Below are positions 40,349 to 55,285 of a stretch of 64,000 nucleotides of DNA, piece after piece. Made by a program: the position numbers and the translations under genes. Source of the stretch: Octopus sinensis. Taxonomy: Eukaryota. Under the pieces are notes generated by a model that saw only the letters and a program-made list of their open reading frames with translations, was not told where the DNA came from and did not search any database. How positions within the stretch are numbered: position 1 is the stretch's first letter; every line of letters starts with the position of its first letter. Location: contig NC_042999.1 of NCBI RefSeq assembly GCF_006345805.1, positions 110,484,001 to 110,548,000 of the forward strand. The letters are read 5' to 3'.

Positions 40349-41330
40349 ATGGATATAGTGGCACAAATAGATAGTAGGTCTATGGATTACAACAGTAGAA
40401 ATATACACAAGGCCAATAGATTATAATGGCATAAATAGACACTAGATCTATGGATAATAATGGTACAAAGATACAGCAGATCTCTTTGGATTATAAGGAC
40501 TCAAATAGACATATTTCTGATGGATCATAGTGGCACAGATGGATGTTAGATTCATGGATTCATCATTATCATCCTCATCAGTTAATGTTTGTTTTCCATG
40601 CTGGCATGAGTTGGATGGTTTTATAGGAGCTGGCAGAGGACTGCACCAAATTCCACTGTCTGCTTGGGTCTAGTTTTCTACAGCTTACCACTTAACTGAG
40701 TTCACTGGAGGCTTTTTTTACATGGCACCAGCACCAGTGAGGTCATCAAGTAACTTGCAAGACAAAGATAGCCTCAATTGAGAATGGGGAATGGTATAGA
40801 GCAAGGTGGCTTTGTGCCAGGTGATGTGAGATTAAACTATGATAGAGGGACAGAAACAGGTATTATGTTGTAGAGAAGATACATCATACATGGTCAGTCG
40901 GAGGGAGGAAGAGAGATAGATAGAGAGAGAGAGAGGGAGAGAGAGAGAGGGAGAGGGTATGGTAAAATAGATGCCAGGTCAGACACTGGTGCCTACAAAC
41001 AGGTACCAGACCTTTGAATTATTGTGTATATATAGACATTTAACAACCCTATGGAATATAATGGCACAAATAGGTGCCATGGATTATAGTGGTATAGTGG
41101 TACAAATGCACACCTATTTATGAATCTTTGTGGTGAGATTAAACTATGATAGGACAGAAAAATTTCTTACTGTAGAAGAGGTACATGGTTACCCCATTCA
41201 GCGGTAGAGAGAGAGAGAGAGATAACACTCTATGGATTATGAATGGATAAATAGAAATGCAATCAATATCCTAGTGGTACAATTAGACATTAGATCTACA
41301 GATTATCAGACTACAAGTGGGTACTAGCTC
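40349..41330. repeat. Degenerate ~34-bp minisatellite interrupted by retroposon fragments
   Basis: Six consecutive units at 40350-40560 with consensus about ATGGATTATAATGGCACAAATAGACACTAGATCT. Further units lie at 41050-41110 and 41230-41330. Confidence 0.7.
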
Positions 41331-41412
41331 GATGGGTCCACATAAGGGGGAAAATGAATGAAAATAATTAGCTTTCTTAACACTAAACCTTTTCCAATTT
41401 TTTTTTTTCTAG

Positions 41413-41490
41413 AAGTTAATTTCTGTAAATGAGAGAATCTTTGATTCAGACAGAATTAATAATATTTGTCTGCTACATAGAGACTTTTAA
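41413..41490 (+). other. Exon-like segment (78 bp; KLISVNERIFDSDRINNICLLHRDF*)
   Basis: Strong acceptor (T)n-CTAG and donor GTGAGT at 41491. The phase-0 frame ends in TAA at the last codon. Confidence 0.15.
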
Positions 41491-42049
41491 GTGAGTTTGG
41501 AAATGAATCAGGGAAGAAAGGAAAAGAAAGAAAGAAGCTGAAATTATATAAACTTGAGTTATATACACTTTAAGTCATATCTTTTTTGTTTGTTATTTTT
41601 ATTTATTTTTATCCCTTTTCACATATGAATCTGTTGGCTCCCATCCTCATCTCCAGTAAAAGCTATTGAAAAGCAGGAATAAACACACATAGTAAACTAA
41701 CACTACATACTTTCACTCAGTAAATCTTACTTGCATCTGTTTCTTTCAATTTGGTTTGTAGAATAAAGTAGAAAAGAGATATTCAGACTATAATAGTGTG
41801 TGCCAATATTTACCAGTCCCTTTTGAACTGGATACTTTCTGTTAATATAAAAGTGTGCTGACAAGAATTAAAGAAAAATATATCAAAGAAACAAACTTTC
41901 TTCATGTAAATTCTTTCTTTCTTTCTTTCTTTGTTTTTCTTTTATTTTTTGTACTTAGTCTTTATTCCGTTTTATTTATTTTTACAGCAACTGTATGTAG
42001 AAATTGTCTAATAATAATAGCAATAACGAAATAACAGTGACAACAACGA

Positions 42050-42945
<896 letters not shown>

Positions 42946-43338
42946 TAGCAAAATATAGAAGTAGTTGAATGAAGAGTGCTTGGAAATGTTTATAAACAAC
43001 TTCTCAGTTTGTGTTTAAATCTCTATAAACAGTTTCAAGTGGAGCAACAGACACACAGACAAACAGGCAGACATAAAATTGCTAGACAGCCTTATATGTA
43101 CAAGTTGATTACTTTCTAACAAAGATCTGGTAATGAAATAGAGCTCATTGAATTTTCAGTAATCTTCTTAAGGGGCCGAAAATCTATATACTTAATAAAG
43201 AATCATATCCTAGATTTTACATCAAAATAAATGGAAATTTAAGAAATGTATATTGTACTTCTTGTCTGCAAGTCTGCTGCCTGTAGCTTTAATATACATT
43301 ATACACATGTGTATTTCCATGTATGCCCAGGTAGTGGC

Positions 43339-43741
43339 CAGTGCTGAATTAACCATTAAGCAAAATAAGCACGCGCTTAGGGCCTCAAGGGAAGGAGGGG
43401 ACACCACAGAAATGGTAAATGGTTTATGGTACAAAAGAAATCACTTTAAACTTTCTAAAATAATATTCGGGATGCCCTTATCTCTACTAAGTATAGATGC
43501 AGATGTGTTACCTAAGATTAATTTTGAGGATCGGATCAAAGACTTTGCAATTCAAAAATGTGGGAGGAAACTTTCAAATATAAATAAAGAGAATGTATAC
43601 AAAAATAAACATTATTTTCCCTCTTACTGTTTTGTTTCATTTTGGAAAATAAAAATTTATTTTATGGTTTGTTATTATTTATATAGGGGCACCAAAATTT
43701 TTTAAGTGCTTAGGGCCGCGATGGGTCGTAATCAAGCCCTG
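43339..43741 (+). mobile_element. Non-autonomous hAT transposon retaining a transposase C-terminal remnant
   Basis: Perfect 8-bp TSD GTAGTGGC at 43331-43338 and 43742-43749, with imperfect TIRs. LSLLSIDADVLPKINFEDRIKDFAIQK resembles the hAT dimerisation-domain end. Confidence 0.9.
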
Positions 43742-46700
43742 GTAGTGGCATAGCTAATAGGGGGGAGTGACCACTCTTCTCAAGCAAATTTTTCAAAATT
43801 GGCACCTTTTCAGCATCTTTTTCACATCACATCTATCTCAGTAGTTGTAATGACATTGTTACTGAAATGTAAAATTAATGAATGTAGAATACAATTACAT
43901 ATACTATAGCTAATGAATATTTCTTATTTATCCTTTAACTTCTGCTTGTTTCAGCCACCTGACTGCGGCCATGCTGGGGCACCACCTTGAAGGGGTTTTA
44001 GTTGAACAAATCAACCCCCAGGACTTATTGTTTTATAAACCAGGTGCTTATTCTATCGGTCCCTTTTTGCCAAACTGCTAAGTTACGGGGATGTAATGCA
44101 CCAACACTAGTTGTCAAGCTGAAAATTCCTTTAAATCAAACTTCACTGTTTTGAAAATCAGGATCACATAAGTAATAGATGTACTCTGTCTTTAATAATA
44201 TTGGCTGTCAGAGTTAGAGTATCTTTGATCATATGTTTGTGAATCAACGATGACAAAAGGTACATATAAAAGATTGAGCCAACAGAAAACCCTCCATGTG
44301 GTCACTCGGCACATTAGAAGTAGCAGTCAAAATTTCTACTAAACCATATTCTGTCTATTCCTGGTTTGTCTTTCACTACATACACTTTGTTAACTGTGAT
44401 CAAGTGAACCCATGATTAAAGGTGTTCCAACAGTGATCGTCCAATTTTAAAAAAGAATAAAGACACTGGATAATTAAATGAAGCAGTCAGAACAGGATCA
44501 TCTTTGCTCAATCAGAACTAAACTAAAAAGAAAAAAAACAAAAAAATAAGAAAACATGAAAGGCACTGGAAATGTATATTGTAAATATGATTGACTGATT
44601 CTTCTCACCACAGCTCATAAATGCCTGTAAATGTAGTCAATAATCATTTAGTCATTGAAGTAATAGAAATGGTACCACAATACACTAAACACTTTACATT
44701 ATTTAGCTTTTGTTTTTTACCCATGTCTTGATTTTGAAATCCCATAGGTTTGATTTTGTCTTTTATCCCCTTACGCTTAATGAAATAACAATCAGGCATA
44801 TATTGGCATTAAATCAATTTGCTTTACACTCCTATTAAAAGTTAATCAATTGTGCCAACATAAAAAGTCAATATTACTAAGAACTATAACTATTTCCTAC
44901 TTGTTTGTATTTTTTTTATAGTTTTACATTTATTTGTTAATTATATGTATTATGTGTTGGGTAGTTTTAGAAATATTTTTGTTAGTATCTGTCTTCCTTT
45001 TTTTCATCTTCACTTGAACTCACACTACTCAACGTGACACCAAGTGCAGAAAAACAAAACATTTACATCAAAGGTCTTACTATCTCCTTTGCTCTGTATG
45101 AGTGCTACAAATATCTGTGTATTGATTAAAATATATTTCACTAGAGCAATGAGAATGATGGAAGAGTGACCAAAGAATATAAGTCCACACTTTTAAAGCA
45201 ATATAGAACTCAAAATGTACCCCTTTCAATATCACACTATCTCATAGAGTATTTTGCCATACTGGTACTGATACCAACAGACAAAAAATAAGTTCCTATT
45301 TCCTATTGACCAGTTCATAGATAATATTTGACCCATTGATATGAAAATCCAAAATACTTTTTTCTACTATAGGCACAAGGTTTGAAATTATGGGGGTGGG
45401 GGCCAGCTGATTAGATTGATCCTAGTATGCAACTGATACTTAATTTATTGACCCCAAAAGGATGAAAGGCAAAGTTGACATCAGAAGAATTTGAAAGAAC
45501 ATAAAGACAGGCGAAATACTGCTAAGCATTTCGCCCAGCATGCTGTTTCTGCTGCTCACCACCTTAAAACCCAAAATATTCTGACATTAATAAAATAGTA
45601 ATATTGGCAGGCTCTTTCTCAGAAGAAACGTGTGGGGAAGAAGGCTTAAGGTCAGCACTGACAGCCTTTGAGTGGTGTATGTCATCATTTAGATAACATT
45701 TGCTAAGCAACAAGAAAAAGTAAATTTACTAAATGTTGATAAGTGTAGAGAACAACATATTATGGGCCAGTTGGAACTTCTCAAAAAGTATTGATTTTTA
45801 CTTTGCAATCATCTCCTATAGGACCACAGAATTGCTGAACTAACATAAACTAAACTGGTGCTTTGTCACTTATGACAATGAGGGTTCCACTTCATCCATC
45901 AACAGGACAGCCTACTCATGAAATTAATGTGCAAGTGGCTGAGCACTCCACAGACATGTGTGACATTAGTGTTGTTCTCAGGGAACTTCAGTGTGACACA
46001 GTATGTGAGAAGGTTGGTCTTTTGAAATACAAGTACAACTCAGCTTTGCCAACTGAGTGGATTGGATCAATGTGGATCATTGGTACTGGGAATGTACTTG
46101 TTTGGTAAGTGACATTTAAAACCAATATGTTTATCCTTCTATGAGGGTAAACATACCTCAAAGTACTATTAACAGAAGTAAAAAATATGAATAATGATAA
46201 TAAATTGAATAAATATATAAATATATATATACAAGATGGAGAGAAAACAGAGTATTTAATCTGAATGTGTCTCCTGGCCCATTTATTGGATTCCAAATCT
46301 TGACACAAAGCCAGCAATTTCAGGGGAGGGGGCAAGTCGATTACATCGACCTCAGTACACAACTGGTACTTATTTTATCAACCTTGAATGGATGAAAGGT
46401 AAAGTCAACCTCGGAATCCTTGGCCCATATATTAAAAGTCCAAAGAACAACAATTCAGTTAATTCCCAATTCCAAAATTAAAAGAAAAAGCACTGGCTAG
46501 TTCATAAAAGATATATTTCATATTGAAAGTAATAACTGCAGGTGTATTAAGGATTTTATGAAAGTAACAAATAGGAGAAAACAAATGTACTGGGGGGAAA
46601 AAGAAACAGAAAGGAAAAATTCTTGAATCTTATAAAACTCACCTGTAACTGATTTTCAACAGACGCAGTGGATTATGTTACTGAAGGGTGACTAAATATT

Positions 46701-48024
46701 TTTGACGCTTTATAGTAGGCTGCACTAATAAGAAATAAATGAAAACTGAATAGAATGATTTTCATGATCTTAAATGACTAAAATCTTTCTTTTACAGTGT
46801 AATTATCATATGTGTCTTTCCTGTTTTTTAAGATGCTAGTGTGCAATTTGAAATAAATTTGACTGCTATTTCTAGCACTTAGAGAATCATTTGTTGGTTT
46901 GAGCCTCTGATGTAAAGAATGCAGTCTATTTTATTTATTCTGGTTTATATTTATAGACATCAGAGAACTGAAAATTTTATTTCCCCTTGAAGGATTTGAA
47001 CCCAGAACCAAGAAAAATAAAACTAAACACTCATTTTGCTTGGAATTCTACCACCATTCCAACTTCCTCTGTCCTAATTATAGTAGAACAACAAGAGTAA
47101 TTGCAAGCATTAAAAATATAGTAACATACTTTCTTTTCAGAATAAAGGTAATTTATATATAAATGTGTGTGTGTGTGTGTGTTGTGTGTGTGTGTATGAG
47201 CTACAGAAGCCAGCAAGAAATTTAAGTCTTATCTTCAGAAGAAATTTCCTTCCTTTCATCAGCTGGTATTTATTTTCATTTCACTAAACCCAACAACTTC
47301 AGCTTACAGAGCCAACAGTCTCTGAACTCAGGAAGATGAAAGATTTTGTCTTTTTAATCCAATAAAATCCCTTAGAAGTTTCCTAAACCATAGTTAAATC
47401 CACCCTTTCTTGATGAATTACATAAAAAAAGTTGTTACTTTTACCAGAAGAGCCATGAAATAAAGAGGAAATTGGAACTTATTTCTTCTCTGATAATATA
47501 GCTCTGTTTCTGCTTTTGTTTTGTTATTCATTTGCAACTATTCACCTTCGGTTACATCATTACTGATCTGCATCACTAATATTGTCTGAAAATTTCAGTC
47601 AACAGATATCAAAGGAGTTATTTCCTTTGTTTGTTGTTTTTAACTTTTAAATACCCATAGAAAGAGTTTTATCTACCAATTACATATATAACCTCAGTTA
47701 ACCAAAGTTTATCACCTAAGTATATTACAAGTGTGACACCCTATAGTATTTGTATATCATATTCAAAATACTCCTCACTACGGTATTTCCCCACGTCCTC
47801 TTGTTGATATTCATAATCAGTGTCATTGCTTTGCCTCTATTTCTATATCTATTGATCACTTTTAGCATTGTCAATAGAGTAGTACATGCATTGAGGGAGC
47901 TTTATATGATTAAAACATCTCTGTAACTATCACCAGATCCATTCCAATCTATATTGTCAATATTGTCCAAAAACATAGATCCACTGGTCTTATTGGCAAT
48001 ATCTTATTTAATTTTTATCATTTC

Positions 48025-48620
48025 TTGGACCACCAACCATCCCAGTGGATGCCAGCGCCTGGTCAGTTCCAAGCAGTTGACCTTTTTGTGGGTGCCTGCC
48101 AGCATGCTGTAGACCAGTTTGACTTTTCCAAGCACCCTGACATCTGAACATCTCCCCAGCTGAACTCTCGGCCCTTTGATGTCTCTGACGCTGCACGGAC
48201 ATAATCATAAAACTGGCCAACAAGGGTGGAGCCATGGTGGTGTGGCACGCGGACCTCTGCAAGATGGAAGCTCTCTGCTAACTTCAAGACACCTCCATCT
48301 ATTGCCCTCTGCCCTCCAACCCCATGCCCAGCTACCAACAGACTGTGTCCTCCATTACTCATGATCTCATCTCCTCCTTCCGTCTCCCCCCCCACTGCCT
48401 CTAACCTCACTGTCCACATCCCTTGCACTCCCACAATTTACTTCCTCCTCAAAATTCACAAACCTAATAACCCTGGCCACCCCATCTTCTCTGCCTGCAA
48501 CTGCACCACTGAACTCATCTCCAGATATCTTGACCATGTCCTTGGCCCCCTAGTGGCTTCCCTTCCCTCTGACATCCATGAGACCAACCAAGCTCTTCAT
48601 TTGTTCAACTCTTTCTCCTT
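48025..48620 (+). pseudogene. Penelope-like element RT N-terminal fragment
   Basis: DIIIKLANKGGAMVVW (canonical IKPADKGG.VV), YFLLKIHKPNNPGHPIFSACNCTTELISRYLD (LPKIHK..GRPI) and LPSDIHETNQAL (LPSYIKDT), with stops and frameshifts. Confidence 0.9.
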
Positions 48621-48624
48621 ATCA

Positions 48625-49060
48625 TACATAGCTGAAAAGAAGTCCATCAACACCTGGAAGATTTAGCATCAGAAAAGGAATCCCACTGCTATAGGTGTTA
48701 AAGAGTTTGAGAACTACAGGGTTACATACACTGAGTTGAAATGTACTGGTAAATATGTGGAGCATGGAAGTCCTCTTCCTGAGAAGGTTGCAAAAGGGTC
48801 TCTTTTGTGTGACTTGTGATTGTGTCTGCTTCTCAAAGGTAGGCTTACTCATCCACAAGCATGGTCACAGAGTTGCTCCATTCTACCAGTATAATATCCA
48901 GCATGGTTTTTCAAGCACCTTGTGCAGCAGAGCATGTGGGTCAGCCAGGTCCCAACATCCAAATGGTCAGGCTGCTGTCACAAAGCTGACATGCAGTTGG
49001 TGTGGAATGACTTGTAAGTCTCTTGCAGGCCTTAAGAATCCTATAACACATCATCAGTGA
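48625..49060 (+). pseudogene. RTE-clade LINE C-terminal fragment with C2H2-like zinc-finger remnants
   Basis: INTW(E)DLASE, GVKEFEN, CVTCDCVCFSKVGLLIHKHGH and CSWCGMTCKSLAGLKN. Confidence 0.7.
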
Positions 49061-49904
49061 TGAGGAAACCAAATATGAAATGTTTCTGAGAGGGAAATCA
49101 GTCAAGGTGATGGTTTAACTTGGTTACAAGTTAACATTTACCATGTACGCATGTATTTATGTGTATGTGTAAGTATGTAGGTATAAATGCACGAGAAAAT
49201 GCTCATGTGTTTATATATTTGCATACTTATACGCTATGTAAATAAACCAGACAAAAAAGAAGAGGGAAAAAGAACAAGCAAATAAACTTAACATGAACCA
49301 ACATATGCATGTGCCACACACCTCATACACTCACTAGAAGCATCTCATACATATAGGTACACCACCACAATCACAGCCAAAAAAAAAAAAAAAAATAAGG
49401 TAGAGGGGTCTGCTGCTTTTCCTTAATCTTGATCTATTGAAGCTTCAAAAATGGTAAGTTATTCACAATAGGCTTAATCATCTTCCATTGTCAGACTAGC
49501 AGAAATCACATTCATGGATGTTAAGAGTATAACACGACCAGACGAAGCATATCCCTTCTTCATTCTGATCTTTTCATGGGTGGCATCATTGGTGGGGGTG
49601 GAGTTTTTTTGGCACCACCCCACCAATGTAATATATAAACACATACATATATATATATACACACATACATACATGCATATATATATATATATATATGATA
49701 TATGATAAATATACACACACACATACACACACATATACACACATATATTACACACATACACACACATATACACACATATATATACACACATACACACATA
49801 TATTTATATGTACGTATACATGTGTTGGTATGTGTGTATATACATATATCTAGAGATAAGTAGAAGATATAGACATACAGTTACATATGGAGACACACTA
49901 TATA

Positions 49905-49994
<90 letters not shown>

Positions 49995-50234
49995 TATATA
50001 TATATATATTTATATATGCATACATACATATATACATACATACATATTTTTGTGTGTGTTAGCCTTATTGTCTACCATGATTGTTTGGTTTGTTTGTTTT
50101 TGATTTTTCATTATCTTGTCTTTCACTTATTTTCAATAAGAAATTGATTATTGTTTGTTAGTACGTTTTTATTTGATAATTATTCTTATTATCATTATTG
50201 TTATTATTGTCACTTATTATTATTATTGTTGTTG

Positions 50235-50271
<37 letters not shown>

Positions 50272-50306
50272 TATTATTAGTAGTTGTTGTTTTAGCTGCT
50301 ACAAAT

Positions 50307-50337
<31 letters not shown>

Positions 50338-51786
50338 CTCATCATCATCATCATCACCTTCATCATCGTAATCAACGTTGTTGTTGCTTGTGTTGTTTAC
50401 CTGAGTTTTGATTTGAGAGATTCTTTATTTATCTATTTATCATATGTTGTTTACTTTCTCTCTATCTCTCTCTCTCTCTCTCTCTCCCTCTCTCTCTCAC
50501 TCGATTTCTCCTCCCTCTCACTCTCTCTCTCTATATATATCCCTCCTTTGCACACACACACACATACACACACTCACATCTATGTGCGCACATACATTTA
50601 TATACACACACATACATATACGTACATACACATGTATACATGCACACATACACTCACACACTACACATACATATATATACACATATACATATGTGTATGT
50701 ATCAATGTATACGCACTCACATGTATGCAGGTCTATACACATATATATGCATGCCTATGTATGTATGCATCTATATACGTCTATGTATGTATGTATGTAT
50801 GTATGTATGTATGTATGCATGCATGTATGTATGTATGTCTAAGTATGTACGTATGTATGTATGTTTGTATATATGTGTATGTGAGTGTGTGTGTGTGCAT
50901 GTGCATGATTGTTATGATTGTGTCTATATTTGTGTGCATGCATTTCCACCTTGATAATATCAAGGAAATAGACATTTAGAAATGCCTGCACTGGCGTACC
51001 ATTCTATGTCGCCTCTGCTAAAATTCTGTCACGTTTCAGCCCAGTAGGAAAGCTTACACAGCTTCAAAAGGCATGTATCAGAGCAGGAGTTCAGCATTGT
51101 TTAAAAATGAGAACATCCTGCATTCAAGGCGATGTAGCTGGCAGCTAAATAATTATAAGGGAAAGCAAGACATAGCAGTGTTACTTAGTCTGTGTGAGGG
51201 ACTCATGATCCCTGTAAATTTAGCCTTTCTGCTTAGTTTTATTGCCAATAATAATATATGTGGGGAAAAAACAAAAAACACGTAAAGAAAAGAAAAGCAA
51301 AACATAGAGAAGTGAGAGGATGCATGAATGGATGGATGGATGGATGGGTAGATGGTTTGGGTGAATGAAAGGGGTTGTTTAAAAGATCAGGGTGAGTTGC
51401 TTGTTTAACTTCGTTTCTACAACAGTAGAAAGATTTTATGCATGTGTGTTTATATATACATACATACATACATATTATATATATATATATATAATATATA
51501 TATATATAAGAAGTTTTTGCGTAATAAGATAAAAAACCAAGGCTACAGCCTTGGTTTTTTTATCTTATTACGCAAAAAATTCTTATATACACACGCTGAC
51601 AGAACCAATGTTGAACCCTTTATTTGCAATATTACCAAATCTGGAACTTAACTATGGTCTGTCTATAGCACTTATTCAGCATTACCTGACACCTTTGGGT
51701 CTCAATGACACCATTACGTCTTATATATATATATATATATAATATATATATATATGTGAGTGTGTGGTGTGTGTGTATGTGTGTGG

Positions 51787-52085
51787 AGGCGCAATGTCCC
51801 AGTGGTTCGGGCAGTGGACTCGTGGTTGGAGGATCGCAGTTTTGATTCTCAGACTGGGCGTTGTGTGTGTTTCTTGAGTGAAAACACCTAAAAGCTCCAC
51901 GAGGCTCTGGCAGGGGTGGTGTTGACCCCTGTTGTACTCTTTCGCCACAACTTTCTCTCACTCTCTCTTCCTGTTTCTTGAGTAATGCTGTGATGGACTG
52001 GTGTCCTGTCCAGCTGGGGGGAAAACACACTCCACAGAAACCGGGAAATCAGGCCCATGAGCCTTGCTAGGCTTGAAAAGGACGA
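51787..52085 (+). mobile_element. tRNA-derived SINE
   Basis: Head GGAGGCGCAATGTCCCAGTGGTTCGGGCAGTGGAC and box-B-like TTTGATTCTC, with a related copy at 4281-4563. Confidence 0.8.
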
Positions 52086-52106
52086 CATTTACGTTTATAT
52101 ATATAC

Positions 52107-52144
<38 letters not shown>

Positions 52145-52153
<9 letters not shown>

Positions 52154-52476
52154 GGTGTATAAGCATGTAAATTCGTGTGTATATACATACAAGCATATAC
52201 ACACATACACACACTCACATGCATACACACTTATATGTATTCTTAAAATTTATATGAATATTTCATATATATAATATACTTATATAGCATTACATCATCC
52301 CTCAACATCTGCTTTCCATGCTAGCATGAGTTGGATGATTTCACAGGATTTGATGACCCAAATTACTCCACCATGCTCTAATGTCTTTGTATTAGTAGCA
52401 TGGGTTCTTCCTAATGCCAACCCCATATAACTCAGTGCTTTTTGCATAGCATTAGCACTAGTGAAGTTGTCTACAT

Positions 52477-52508
<32 letters not shown>

Positions 52509-52858
52509 CACACACACACACATATATATATATAGGTGTAATAAGCATGTAAATTCGTGTGTATATACATACAAGCATATACACACATACACACACTCAC
52601 ATGCATACACACTTATATGTATTCTTAAAATTTATATGAATATTTCATATATATAATATACTTATATAGCATTACATCATCCCTCAACATCTGCTTTCCA
52701 TGCTAGCATGAGTTGGATGATTTCACAGGATTTGATGACCCAAATTACTCCACCATGCTCTAATGTCTTTGTATTAGTAGCATGGGTTCTTCCTAATGCC
52801 AACCCCATATAACTCAGTGCTTTTTGCATAGCATTAGCACTAGTGAAGTTGTCTACAT

Positions 52859-52880
<22 letters not shown>
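52145..52880. repeat. Near-exact tandem duplication, period 381 bp
   Basis: GGTGTA(A)TAAGCATGTAAATTCG...GTTGTCTACATGCACAC starts at 52154 and 52535, bounded by (CA)n/(TA)n tracts. Confidence 0.9.
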
Positions 52881-52914
<34 letters not shown>

Positions 52915-54454
52915 ATGCACTCACACACCACACACACACACACACATACACAAGCTTCTTTCAGTTACTGTCTACCAAATCCACTCACAAGCCATTGGTC
53001 AGCCTGAGGCTATAGTAGAAGACACTTGTGCAGTTCACTGGAAAATTACCCAAATATAACCTTGTTTTGATATGCAGAGTGATTTTCTTCCAGGTCTTCA
53101 TTGAAGTAGTCTAGTCAAGTGTGGCTATGTGGTTAGGGCACTTGGCTTATGGTCGTGAGCTTGATTTCCAACGGCATGCTGTGCCCTTGAGCAGAACACT
53201 TTATTTCATGTTGCAGCAGTCCACTTGGCTGTACTTGTAATTCAGAGGACCAGCCTTGTCACATTCAGTGTGTCACGCTGAATCTCCCTGAGAATTATTT
53301 TAAGAGTGCTCAACCACTTGCATGTTAATTTCACAAGCAGGCTGTTCTGTTCATCAGATCAAATGGAACACCTGTCATCATAACCAATGAAGTGCTAGTT
53401 CACATGTCTGTACATACACACACACACACACTTATATATATATATATATATATATATGTTGGTGTTGGAGGAACAGTTGTTATTAGGAATGGCAACCAGA
53501 TGTAGAAACCCTGCCAAAACAGACATTGAAAACTGGTGCAGTCTTGTCTGGCCAGCCCCTACCAAACCGTCCAACGCATGCCAGCATGAAAAATGGATGT
53601 TAATGATGATGGCAATGGCAATAATGATGATGATGATGATGTACATACATACATGCATGGACACACATGATGCACACACATACACATACTCACACGCTAT
53701 TACATATATATATATATATACACATAAACACATACATAGTCACACACTATCTCAACAAAAGATAGGATAATCATGAGTGGAGTTCCTTTAATCCCATTGA
53801 CATGCTGGATCAAGGTTGGCATACCAATGAACTACAACAACAACAACAATGATAACAACACCAACAACAACAACAGCAGCAACAGCAACAACATATTATC
53901 ACTTTTATTTATTTGGAGGAGAACTAGATTAAATGCATTATGGTTTCCAGACTTTGTTGATTCACAGACATTGTTTATTAAGCATCATGAGGGGTTTATT
54001 CATGTTTTTTTATATTTTTGCTAATTTTTCATATTTGCTTGTATACCATACCATACATGTATTTAATGATTCTCTCATCATTACTTCAGCAATTACAATG
54101 AAATCTATGTTTTGCTGAGGAGGGATTATAATACTAAAACCTGTTTGAAATTGCTTTTCATACTTGCAGATGATGAAGATGGTGGTGGTGATGAAAATGA
54201 TGATGATGAAGATAATGATGATGGCAACAAATATTAATGGTTTCTAAGAAAGGCACAAAGCCTTGAAATTGAAGAAATGGAAAATAGTCAATAAAATCAA
54301 CGCCAACACTTTACTGGTACTTTATTTTATCAATCCTGGAGAGGAAAAAAGGCAAAGAAGACCTTAGTAAGATTTGAACTCATAATATAGAGTTGGAAGA
54401 AACACTGAGAGGCATTATATTTAATGATTTTGCCAATGCACTGTCCTAATTATA

Positions 54455-54489
<35 letters not shown>

Positions 54490-55194
54490 AGTAATAATAA
54501 TAATAATAGTGGTAATAATAATAGTAATAATTGTAATAATGCTCTTAAAAATGAAAAAAAGGAGAAAAAGAAATCATTTGTATGAGATTTTTTGTATTCT
54601 TCATTTGTTTTTCAATTAGAAATTAGAATAATTTTGGAAAAATAATATTTTTTTTCGTCAGTAATTAAAAAAAAGCATAATAATGATAATAAAAGCAAAG
54701 GAAATTAAAAATGTTTCACATAATTTTAAAAAAATTTGTTTATTTTTCCTTAATTTTTCCCCCATTTTTTAATTGATTTTTTTTTTTCATATGTAAAGCA
54801 TTTTTCCTTAATTTTTACATTTAAGGAAAAAATAATTCGAGAAAAATTCATACACAGCAACAAAGAATAAAGCAAAAAGAAAGCCCAGAAAATCATGGAC
54901 TAATGTAGAAGAAAAACTAATGACTAAGATAATAAAAGATGTGGATAAAAGCGAACTAAATAAATTGTGAGAACTGTTTTATGTGATTTAAAGATATTAG
55001 CAGGTATAGAAAGATTGTCAAGACATTCTAATGTATTGTTTAATCCTGAAAAGCATTGTTTTGGTATAATTTGGGGAAGTAATTGCTGGCATTGTGTCAG
55101 AGAAACAGAGATGAGAAGATGATAAAAAAAGTATGAGAAAGAGGTTGTGGGGAGAGAGAGACAGTGAAAGAAAGAGGGGGAGAGGGAGAGAGAT

Positions 55195-55285
55195 AAAGAA
55201 GAAGAAGAAGAAGAAGAAGAAGAAGAAGAAGAAGAAGAAGAAGAAGAAGAAGAAGAAGAAGAAGAAGAAGAAGAAGAAGAAGAAA
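55195..55285. repeat. (GAA)n microsatellite within a purine-rich and AT-rich low-complexity zone
   Basis: A long pure GAA run seen directly in the sequence. Confidence 0.95.

Noticed and set aside
40349-40560. Reflectin-like MDY repeats
   Set aside because: The 34-bp unit breaks frame and contains stops, and it lacks the reflectin MDx5MD motif.
49440-49460. AAAATG/GTAAGT start-codon-plus-donor pattern (similar at about 39380)
   Set aside because: An isolated signal with no promoter evidence or linked downstream exon.
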